Source of the DNA: Leucoraja erinacea | Lineage: Eukaryota | Reading direction: 5' to 3' | Length of the DNA: 64,000 bases | Assembly: GCF_028641065.1 (NCBI RefSeq) | Contig: NC_073408.1 | Span: forward strand, 11,160,001 to 11,224,000 | Shown here: positions 1 to 9,788 of the stretch, one piece after another | How positions within the stretch are numbered: position 1 is the first letter of the stretch | How the letters are laid out: the number at the start of each line of letters is the position of its first letter | Made by a program: the position numbers and the translations under genes | Notes under the pieces: generated by a model | Told to the model about the DNA's origin: nothing | Databases searched by the model: none | What the model saw: only the letters and a program-made list of their open reading frames with translations

Positions 1-390
1 TAAGAGATGGTGTGACATGTACAGATGTCTAATTGTAGGAATAAGGGCGTATCAAAGGAAATTAGATCCACGTGCTTTACAGGCATTAGGGGGTATATAG
101 AGGGACATGACAGGATAGATGTTGGGATGTTTCTACTACTTGGTGAATCTCATACAAGGGGACATAGTTACATAGTTACAAGAGTATCGCTGGAATTCTT
201 CTCTATCCTGGAGGATTATGGATACAATTAATGTATTGAAAGAGGAGGCTGCTATGCTTTTGAGAGATTGAGAATTGGGGCCCTTTGGGGAACTGGATGA
301 GGCTTGGGGCAGATCTGTATGACCATGTTGAATGGTAGGATCGACTTGAAGGGCCAAGTAGCCACTTCTGCACCTGTTACCTATGTTCTT
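1..390 (+). mobile_element. degraded CR1 3' fragment
   Basis: DRIDVGMF.LLGESHTRGHS motif and CR1-like 3' tail. Confidence 0.7.
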
Positions 391-1451
391 ATAGCTGACA
401 AAATAAAATGAGTAAGCCAGGATAATTTTCCTTCTGTACGTACGAAGATCTAACAACTGAGCTTCACTTATTTTTCATGCGCTCAGTGGCAGCCGCTGCA
501 CGCTCAAATCCATAATTCTATGACAACGTGAGTTTGTTGTATCCACCAATTAGATATAACAATATGAATTGGGGAACATTGTTTGTAATACATGGGCCGA
601 ATTAGATATAAAGATTGGAGAACTACTTAAAAATTACTTTGGAAATTGAGAAGCAGAAAAAAGCTGTCTTGTCCAGGGACAAATAAAATTGTTTCTTTGT
701 AACCGCCCCAGAGTAGCAAAACACAATTGTCTTTTCAGAACACATTCAATGAAATCTACAAGCAATTATGACCCGAAACGTCACCTATTTCTTCGCTCCA
801 TAGATGCTGCCTCACCCGCTGAGTTTCTCCAGCATTTTTGTCTACCTTCGATTTTTCCAGCATCTGTAGTTCTTTTTTAAGCAATTATTTCTAATCACAC
901 TTGCACAACCATACTATTTTAGATTTTGTCACATAGAGCCTTCAGTATTTTTAGCTTAGTGGCTAAAATAAATGTAAAGCTATTAAAAAGACCTTTATTT
1001 TTGATAATCTAACAGAAAAAAAACAGTTTTCCCTCTTTTCCCATAATGACAAGATAGATTTTCTAATACAATTTTCATGATGTTTCTTACGAATAATTTT
1101 TCACCATATAACATAATTACCCTAAAGAAGACATGGAAAGAGATTGGCAAATTGATCAAATTTATGTTTGTAAAATCTCCGGTGCTTTTTGGTTATTACC
1201 CGTTGCAGCAGAGCTCTAACTGCACGCTTCCCGATGTGTGCAGACATGCAGTGTCCCAATTGCTGGCAAGTGAAGCACTGCTTCAACGTCCCCTCTCCAT
1301 GGCAGCCACATCCAGTATTATATGGCAGCCTCAGAGCTGAGGGACAACGTATGGAGATGGGGGGGGGGTGGGGGGGGGGGGGGGGGGGGGGTGTTGTGTA
1401 TTTTTTTTTTTGTGTTCATGGCTACACTCTCTGCGATCGATCCCTGTGCCT

Positions 1452-2624
1452 TGGGATGTGGGAGGAAACCGGAGCACCAGGAGGAAACCAATGCAGCCAC
1501 AGGGAGAACGTGCAAACTCTACATGGACAGCACCCAAGGCTAGGCTCTTACTCAGGTCTCTGGCACTGTGAGGCAGCAGCTCTACCAGCTTCGTGACTGT
1601 GTCCGGCAGGTGGTTGCAGGAGTCTGGGGTTGAGGGTGGGATGGGGCGACTCAGAAGGGTGAGGTGACTTACCCTTGGGGAAAACTGTCCCCACTTAAAA
1701 GGGGGGGGGTGTAGATGCAGCAAATGTTCCCAATGTTGGGGGGGGGGGCCACTGGGGAGGCCATTTAAAACTGATATGAGAAAAAACTTTTTCACCCCAG
1801 AGAGTTGGAATTTGTGGAATTCTCTGCCACAGAAGGCAGTGGAGGCCCAATTCACTGGTTGAATTTTTAAAATCAGGGGATATGAGGAGAAGGCAGGCAC
1901 AGGTTACTTATTGCAGATGATCAGCCATGATCACAATGAATGTCGGTGCTGGCTCGAAGGGCCAAATGACCTCCTCCTGCACCTATTTTCCATGTTTCTA
2001 TGTTTCAAAGCTGGATGTGGGAGGAATCCCCAGGGGAAGCACCATTTGGGGGAGGAAACCAATGCATTCACAGGGAGAACGTGCAGAACTCGATACATGG
2101 ACAGCACCTCCCAAGGCTAGGCTCTTACTCAGGTCTCTGGCACTGTGAGGCAGCAGCTCTACCAGCTTCGTGACTGTGTCCGGCAGGTGAGCAGAGTCTT
2201 GGGTTGAGTGGATGATGGGGCGACTCTGAAGGGTCAGGTGCTACACTTACCCTTGTCCCAGGTCTATGCGAAAACTGTCCCACTTAAAAGGACTGGACAA
2301 TGTAGATGCAGCAAAAATGTTCCCAATGTTGGGGGAGTCCAGAACTAGGGGCCACTGTCTAAGAATAAAGGGGAGGCCATTTAAAACTGATATGAGAAAA
2401 AACTTTTTCACCCAGAGAGTTGTGAATTTGTGGAATTCTCTGCCACAGAAGGCAGTGGAGGCCAATTCACTGGATGAATTTAAAATCAGGGGATATGAGG
2501 AGAAGGCAGGCACAGGTTACTTATTGCAGATGATCAGCCATGATCACAATGAATGTCGGTGCTGGCTCGAAGGGCCAAATGACCTCCTCCTGCACCTATT
2601 TTCCATGTTTCTATGTTTCAAAGC
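1452..2624 (+). repeat. imperfect tandem duplication (about 560-610 bp unit: SINE piece, unique segment, CR1 tail)
   Basis: 1452-2010 and 2011-2624 share long identical runs such as ccaaggctaggctcttactcaggtctctgg and the CR1 tail. Confidence 0.9.
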
Positions 2625-3343
2625 TGACCCCAAGATGTGAATAAATATGGTGTCCATGAATCCCCAGGGGAAGTGGCTGGTGTTCCTCTATTTGGGGACT
2701 AGCATTACCCAACACTCAAATAATCTAATTCACAAGGAGCTGCAGATGCTGGGGTAACTTACGGGTCAGGCAGAATCGCTGGAGAACATGGATAGGCGAT
2801 TTGTTGGATCGGGACCCTTAACCTCGTTCAACAATAAACACAATTTTAGAGATTTGAACTTTACCTTTATTAAAACTATAAAACATGGAACAAAATGACC
2901 ATTAGTGACTGATGCATAGCACAATCGTACTAGAATTGTGTAACCTGATTATGGATGAAACACATTTAAATAAGGGGACCTGGGGGTTACATTAAGCAGC
3001 TGGGTACAATATGCATTTAAGGACTAGTTTAAAAATGGCATAGATTCTAACTGGGCTGAAGCGTGAGCTAAGCCCATGGTGAAAGCAATGAGCTTGCAAG
3101 ACCCAGCCAAGGCGAAACACCTCTGAGAAAGAAACTTCAATTATCCTCAAACGGATGCTCACGTTATTCTTTCTCCAGCAGAGGCCATTAACGAAACCGG
3201 CAATGGCATCCTTTGTTTATAAGCAGTGCCACAAAGCACAAAAGCAAGGTAATAAGACCACACCATTATAAAACATTAGTCAGGCCTTATCTGTGGTATT
3301 GTGTTCAGTTCTGGTCATCCCACTAAAAGATTCTGAATGCTAA

Positions 3344-3565
3344 AGGGCCTGTCGCACTTGGGCGCCATTTGTGGGTCATTTATGCGACATCCTAAAAATT
3401 GGTTGGTGCGCGCATGGCGTGCATGACACGTGCATGGCGCGTGGTTGGTGAGGCATGGTGGCGTGTGCAGTGACACGCGGCAGCGTGCGGCGCCCCAGGA
3501 TTTTTGGATGCTTAAAATCCTAGTGTGCCACCTGCATGACGCGCAAACGATGCCCGTGGGACAAG
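3344..3565. mobile_element. degraded Harbinger-like MITE
   Basis: taa|agggcctgtcgcactt start and ...gtgggaca end, similar to the TIR at 34844; GC-rich CGCG/CATG interior. Confidence 0.6.
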
Positions 3566-3933
3566 AAGGGAATTTTTACAGGGATGAGGGATTTCAGGGA
3601 AGCCGGTGAAACTAAAAATCTCCCATAGAGCAGAGACAGTAACAGCAGATTTGTGGACCAGTTAAAAGTCGCCAGCATCATTTTGAATTGTTGAGAAGAA
3701 ATCCAGCCATTAGTGATGTCCCCAATATTGACAGTCGTACGAACAGGCACTTGTGTACCAAAGGGCAGTGGGACAGCTGAAATGTAGCCCAGCTACTGAA
3801 GGGAGGAGAGTACAGGAATACTGGCAATACGGGGTAAAAAGATGTCAAACCCTAATATTGCTAATTTATTAAGCCTGACTAAATGCCATCCATTTCATAT
3901 TAAGCAGTTTGAAAAATGTCAATTTTTGCAGAA

Positions 3934-4010
3934 TCAACGTCTTTGCAACTTGTCATAGGGGGAACCTTCCTCCCTTCTGCATGTCCACTTCGCTATACAG
4001 AGGGATCTGG
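3934..4010 (-). CDS. CD3E: CD3 epsilon last coding exon (second ITAM half, ...YDKLQRR*), frame-disrupted as assembled
   Basis: tctttcag|CCA at 4010; TAT GAC AAG TTG CAA AGA CGT TGA at 3957-3934; AATAAA (- strand) at 3865-3870. About 26 extra bases upstream of the Tyr break the frame. Confidence 0.6.
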
Positions 4011-5544
4011 CTGAAAGACGTGCCCACAAGATCAGTTCATCACGACACGGTGGGCGAGTCACCTATGGATTTCCCTAGTGGACCATGGTTGCTGACTCAA
4101 CCCAATATCAGGCACAAGCCACCCTTGCCAGGGGAACATCAAACTCCTGGGTGCAGGGTTTGAATAGACCTTACCAGGGACTGATTATCCAAAGGAACCA
4201 TTACCAATGTCGGCATCCCTGGAACAGTCACTAAAAGCTAACATGGGGTAAAATACTGCCACGACGCAGGGACAACGAACTATTCAACCACGGACGTATT
4301 GGAGTTCCTGGAACATCTACACCATGACTAAAAGGTGAGTTACAGTGCCGAGATAAGCATGGAGCGCCTTATCTGCTTATCTAAAAACAGCAGGAGCATG
4401 AGCATGGGATCCCATCCACTGAAGGTATGAAGAGGCAGGAGATATAAGCCCAAAACCCAGTATATACCCATGATGGGACATTGGTGGACATTGAAATGTC
4501 TCAGAGATGGCACCAGCCAGATCCCTCAGCTTGCTTAATCTATGTTTTTAAAAAACGCTCGTGCTTATGGCTCTCGTACACGCTCACAGAGTCCAGTCAC
4601 TCCATAAACCAGACTGGATAACATGGTGATTACCCCAGACGCATCACGTTCATATTTAGGTCTGGTAAAATCTAACTCGCAGGTATATGGGACTAGGCGA
4701 GATTATGAGTTCGGCACGAACTAGTAGGGGAGATCGCCTGTGTTTTCCGTGCTGTAGTCGTTATATGGCTATATGGACCAGGAACGCCCAATTCACTGGT
4801 GGGAAGAGGGGAGAGGAAAGCCTATGGTCAACCACAGTAACCCAAGACGGGGTACGAGCCAAACCACTCCAAGGTGGCTCAAAACAGGTACCGAAAGCTG
4901 CCGGAATAGATAATAAATACATTTAATCCCATTCCACTAGGGAGCGTTGGAGCGGGGAACGAATGGACATCCCGGTTGACCACATTTTCAATACAGCAGG
5001 ATGGTCAAGGGAACGACGTTCTGAACATTTTTTATTATAAACCGTTGATAAATCTGATTTAATTGCAGGAGAATATTACAAACTGCAATATTAATTTAAG
5101 CTCAGAGGGCTTTTATGTTGTTATTGTTAACAAATACCTTTCTGTTTCAAGCAGATCAACTGGTTGATTACGATAACATTCCTCCCTCATAAACTTCGGC
5201 AGTGAGTGCCATTACACGGTTTGAAATCACAGACCTGTCGAGGTCACGGAATCACTCACGTGACTCCGAAGTAAAATAGTTAGATTAGTACTTACCAGTT
5301 TGAAGTTTGATCACGGTGAGGTATTACGTTCCCCCCCATTATATAGATCAGCTATAAACTGATGTCTCGTGATCTTTACTATCTTACTTCAAATATTGTG
5401 TCTATCCTGTGATTCCACACCGCTGCTTCGAAGTATGCCGCATGCGCAGTACCTGCTGGGTTCTTCACGTAATACCTCACCGTAACTCCTCATAAAATAC
5501 AGATCAAACTTCATACTGGTAAGTACTCGTTTAATCTAACTATT
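3958..5544 (+). mobile_element. 5'-truncated, degenerate DIRS1-type tyrosine-recombinase retrotransposon
   Basis: Frameshifted motifs: PPFC (methyltransferase-like), LLTQP..HP, LEFLEHL, KTLVLMALV..HRVQSL, RWLK..KAAGID, HSTR, DHIFNTAGWS. The 3' inverted repeat 5275-5329 / 5467-5544 fits the ICR and right ITR. Confidence 0.85.
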
Positions 5545-6404
5545 AATTTCCATTTGAGGCCTTGTGCTGCAATGGTATCCACCCCATCAGGCAATCAGTG
5601 GAGTCAAGGTTGAGGTTGAATTTTGCAAAGCAAGATGCTAAAATATAGCAATGAGAAAATGAGCAGTTCATCTGTTTTAATCATTTTGCATGGAGGATAA
5701 ATATCATCAAGGGCAGCAGGGACAGGCACTCAGCTCTCTCATAGATATTACCATGACAACCTCTACACCCATCTTGGAGGGCAGATGGGACCATGTCGAA
5801 TATTCAGCATTTTTTAGGAAGTATTGTTGCTTCAAAATCTTATTGCTCCCTTAGATCAGCCACCTGAGGGTGCATCGGTCCCTCAGTGATGGCCTTCTTA
5901 GTGTGCAGAGCCCATCAGTACTACCCACTACTACCCCCTCCACCCCCGTCTCCTGAGTGCAGTGCTCCCTCTGGACTGTTCCCTGAGCATATAATGCCAC
6001 CTTGGTGGTGACCTACAGCCGGCACAGACTTCATTAGCACTTGACATTCTAGTATTAGGCCAGTACCTGTCCCAGGGAGAGTGCACAGTTCCCTTGGGAC
6101 TGCACAGTTGCATCGACCAGGTCTTAAGAGTGGAGATGTGAACCCAAAGCCTTCTGATACAGAAGGAAGAATGCTACTCGTTGAGCCAAGGATACTGAGT
6201 TCAACAGACTAAAACCATAGCATGGAATGGGTTTGACCAGGGGAGATAGGAGGAGTCTTGGTGAGTATTCATCGTATAAGATATGGTGTGGAGTTCCACC
6301 AGATACGTTTTAAAGCCCATGCCCTCAAATGGAGTTGATAAATAACCAGGTACATCATTGACCTTCACCATGAAGGGAGGATAGGTTCATTTGTGAGACT
6401 TTAC

Positions 6405-6481
6405 CGCGTATTCACTCTGATGTGCCGCAGCCGTGGGTGGTGGGCGACTCGGTGGATAGGCAGGTTCAAGTGGACGGAAAT
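6405..6481 (-). CDS. CD3E: CD3 epsilon cytoplasmic exon with proline-rich stretch and first ITAM Tyr (DFRPLEPAYPPSRPPPTAAAHQSEYA)
   Basis: ttctgttttcccgtccag acceptor and GCG|GTAAAG donor, 77 nt, phase 1-0. RPPP followed by EY-x at a phase-0 junction parallels mammalian RPPPVPNPDYE. Confidence 0.85.
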
Positions 6482-6960
6482 CTGGACGGGAAAACAGAAG
6501 AATAGTAAATATAGGCAGGCGATGCCTGTACTGGCAAGAAAAACATAGACAACTAGCATCGACAGTGTTCCATCAAGATCCTCCTAGAACAGCTGCTACA
6601 TAGATAGGATACAGGTTAAAGTTCCCTCCTCAGTGTCCCTGTCAGGCATTCCCAGTTCGGGAATATTGCAGGGTAGTCACAGATTAAATTTCCATCTGCA
6701 CTCCATAGACAAACACACCTTCAGCTTTCATGGACAGTTTCCTCCCAGCTATTATCAGGCAACTGAACCACCCGATCACCAACTCGAGAGCGGTCCTGAC
6801 CTAGCAGCTAGCTCATTGGAAACCCTCAGATGATCCTTAATCAGACTTTACTGGGCTTTATCTTGTGCTAAATGTTATTCCCTTTATCCTGTGTCTGTAC
6901 ACTGTGGACGGCTTGATTGTATTATGTATTTAAGAGGGAACTGCAGATGCTGGAAAATCA

Positions 6961-7100
6961 AAGGTAGACAAAAGTGCTGGAGAAACTCTGCAGATGCGGC
7001 AGCATCTATGGAGCGAAGGAAATAGGCAACGTTGCCTATTTCCTTCGCTCCATAGATGCTGCCGCACCCACTGAGTTTCTCCAGCACTTTTGTCTACCTT
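6961..7100. repeat. 140-bp fold-back palindrome made of two Penelope terminal-repeat halves
   Basis: 70-bp arms, no spacer, centred on CAAC|GTTG at 7030/7031. Confidence 0.9.
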
Positions 7101-7533
7101 GTATTATGTCTAGTCTTTCCGCTGACTGGATAGCACACAACAAAAATGTTTTTCACTGTACCTCAGTACACGTGACAATAAACTAAACCAAACTACTCAT
7201 AGGTTAGATGTAGGTACTAAAGCTTCCTCCACACCGATGCATCAAACTCTTCCATGGCTCTTCTGCACTGGTCAAACTACAACAGTAAAGCTCTCTTTAC
7301 TCAATCCCATTAAACAGTCCCAGATAGGTGTATAGGAAGGAACTGCAGATGCTGGTTTACACTGAAGATGGACAAAATGCAAGAGTAATACAGCGGGACA
7401 GGCAGCATCTCTGGAGAAAAGGAATAGGTGACGTTTCAGGTTGAGACCCATCGTCAGATTTAAACCAGCATCTATCTGCAATTCCTTCATACACATCTTT
7501 ATTATTTGAGTGCACAGTGAAGGCAAATCCAAC

Positions 7534-7662
7534 CTTTGGCAGCTGCTCCTCTTTGCTTGGCAAACCAGTAGACAAGCCCAGCCACCAGGAGAGTGAAGAA
7601 CAGATCGCCGCAGATGATACCGATGACCAACCCTGTGTTGAGTTCAATGCAGCTTTCACAAA
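7534..7662 (-). CDS. CD3E: CD3 epsilon stalk and transmembrane exon (VCESCIELNTGLVIGIICGDLFFTLLVAGLVYWFAKQRGAAAK)
   Basis: CD3-defining CxxCxE stalk, acidic Asp within the TM helix, cttcccccacag acceptor, 129 nt phase 1-1. The donor G|GTTGGA is weak. Confidence 0.93.
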
Positions 7663-8684
7663 CTGTGGGGGAAGGAGAAGCAATCCAGCATTCAGAACAT
7701 GCAAAGTACAAATACAAATGGTGCCTCATGTTAGCAGATTTCAACAACACCTCAGATATGTAGAATCTCACGACACTGACACCGCAGAAAAATAGCACCT
7801 GGCATCTGGTCTCTGGAGTTGATGTCCAATTCCACACATCCACATGTCATCGAGCTTACCTTCACGTTATGGTTCCCACGTGCATCAACACCATCACTCG
7901 GCTGAGTACAGAGCGAGGGAAACAAGATGTCATAGGCAGAGTGGGGAATTGGTCAACGGAGATGAGTGAGGTAAATTAATAGAGGCTGGTTGTGACTGAG
8001 GATTAAATTGTGAATTTGTTCCTTTTATCAAGTCCCTTAAACTGAACTAACACCAGGAGACACTGGAAATAGACAGAAAGCACTGGAGTAGCTCAACTGG
8101 TCCGGTTTCTGGAGAACATAGATAAGTGATGTTTCAGGTTGGGACACTTCTTCAGACCCTTCTTCAGAAGAGTCTCAACCTGAAAAGTCACCTGTCCGTG
8201 TTGCCTGGCCTGCTGTGTTACTCCAGCACTATCTTTGTAAACCACTATCCGCAGTTCCTTGTTTCTACAGACACTGGAAATAGTCTGTGAGTATTGCAGT
8301 TCTTTCTATTTTTATTTCAGATTTCCAAATTCTTTATTTATTTATGTATTTATTTATTTTTATTGGAGGGGGGTAAAAATTACAGTACATCTGATGTATG
8401 GCATTACATTTCCCCCCATTTTGTTTTTTATAAATAATAATAATAATAATAACAAAATAACCCGAACCCACCCTCCCTAAACACCCCTTGGCAGCTAATA
8501 TTTTCACAATACAAATATATCACAAAATCAAATGCACATTTTAACAATAATAAAGTCACAAAACAGAATAAAGGTGGCTCCCCACTTACTATCAAGTGCC
8601 CTCAGTCAATAGATAGTTGCTTTAACTACTATAAATTCAAATTCACACATGCACTGACTACACCGCCCAACACGGACTTCCATC

Positions 8685-8872
8685 TGTATATATGTTTGCT
8701 ATGTATGTAGCGCCGCAGAAATTGTGCACCTATTCCAACCCCCATCTCCCTTCTGTTTCTTGTTTTTTCTGTTTCTTGTTTTTTGTGCTAAATTGTATGT
8801 ACGCACTGAGTACGAGCAGCTTTCAGTTTCACTGTACATGTATAGTGACAATAAATGGCATATCTATATCTA
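8685..8872 (+). mobile_element. LINE 3' UTR fragment; reverse copy at about 39088-39252
   Basis: Two dispersed similar copies ending in gtgacaataaatggcatatctatatcta. Confidence 0.7.
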
Positions 8873-9431
8873 GACCCTCAAAGTATGATTTAAAAAAAGG
8901 ATCCCATTTCAAATAAAACTTTTTCCCAGACAATGTGAATTTAATCTTTTCTAGCCTTTAAAAAAATCACGTCCTCCAGCTAAGCAGCAGCAGATGGAGG
9001 AATGGTAGATTTCCAGACCAGCAAGATCCTCCTATGGGCCAAAAGTAATGTAAATGTAATGATATCAGATTGGGTTGTGTTTAAACCCAAGGTTTTATCT
9101 GCTACACCAAATACAGCTACAAGCGGGCAAGGTCTCACTGTCATCTCAAGGACAAGTTACCATGTTTGGGGCAAGACCAGAATGCATGAGTTAGATTGGC
9201 TGGAGAGAAGGAGCACTTGTCACAGCTTTCCAAATCCTGCCTGTTTTTGCTGGAAAGACCTTTAAACCAACAGCACTAACAGTTGTGTAACGTTAGTACC
9301 TCCACCAGTGTAAAGCACTTTGGTCAATGAGAGTTGTTTTTTAAATGTGCTATAGAAATAAAAGTGACTTGACTTGACTTGAGAGTTACTTTAATTCTCT
9401 TGTTTATTTCATTCCACTGATCATCATTTAC

Positions 9432-9650
9432 CTTTGGCTCGGATGTAGAAGCTGTAGGTGGAAGTACCATCCTTACAATAATACTCGCCGTTATTGGAAT
9501 CGGTGAAATCGCTTATATCATATTTTGTCTCCACGCTTTGAAGATCTGTATCTGTGCCTGATTTCGCCTTCTTAAACCATTCAAGTTTATTTGGTTCAAC
9601 CAAGGGACAAGTTAAAGTGACAGTAGTCCCTGCAACTGTCACAGAAGCTG
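9432..9650 (-). CDS. CD3E: CD3 epsilon Ig-domain exon (PASVTVAGTTVTLTCP...LEWFK...NNGEYYC...SFYIRAK)
   Basis: 219 nt, ttttctttag acceptor and G|GTAAAT donor; Ig Cys, Trp and GxYYC motifs; no N-x-S/T sequon. Confidence 0.93.
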
Positions 9651-9767
9651 CTAAAGAAAACCAAAATTATGAATGAGCACAGTAATATTTTCCAAAGTGT
9701 CTTCTCATAAATCAACAATTGATGGTGTTTAACTTCAAAAATCTATTTTAAAGTAGATTTTACTCAC

Positions 9768-9788
9768 GATCTGTTTGTGCTGCGACTC
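9768..9788 (-). CDS. CD3E: CD3 epsilon 21-nt mini-exon (G)VAAQTD(P)
   Basis: ttttctctttccacag|GAGTCGCAGCACAAACAGATC|gtgagta; phase 1-1 keeps the frame. Mini-exons between leader and Ig exon are typical of CD3E. Confidence 0.8.

Noticed and set aside
2865-2875. 11-nt micro-exon-like segment on the - strand (ttttatag|TTTTAATAAAG|gtaaag) and an acceptor near 1337
   Set aside because: They lie beyond the likely CD3E stop and polyA signal and give no ITAM-completing frame; no support without RNA data.
3163-3330. Plus-strand acceptor ttctttctccag as a CD3 gamma/delta exon
   Set aside because: The downstream sequence is a decayed CR1 ORF2 piece (LVRP.L.YCVQFWS).
7534-9650. Assignment of the CD3 gene as CD3 gamma/delta
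   Set aside because: TM Asp followed by VYW, mini-exon, RPPP stretch, lack of N-glycan sequons and head-to-head position with MPZL2 all fit epsilon better.
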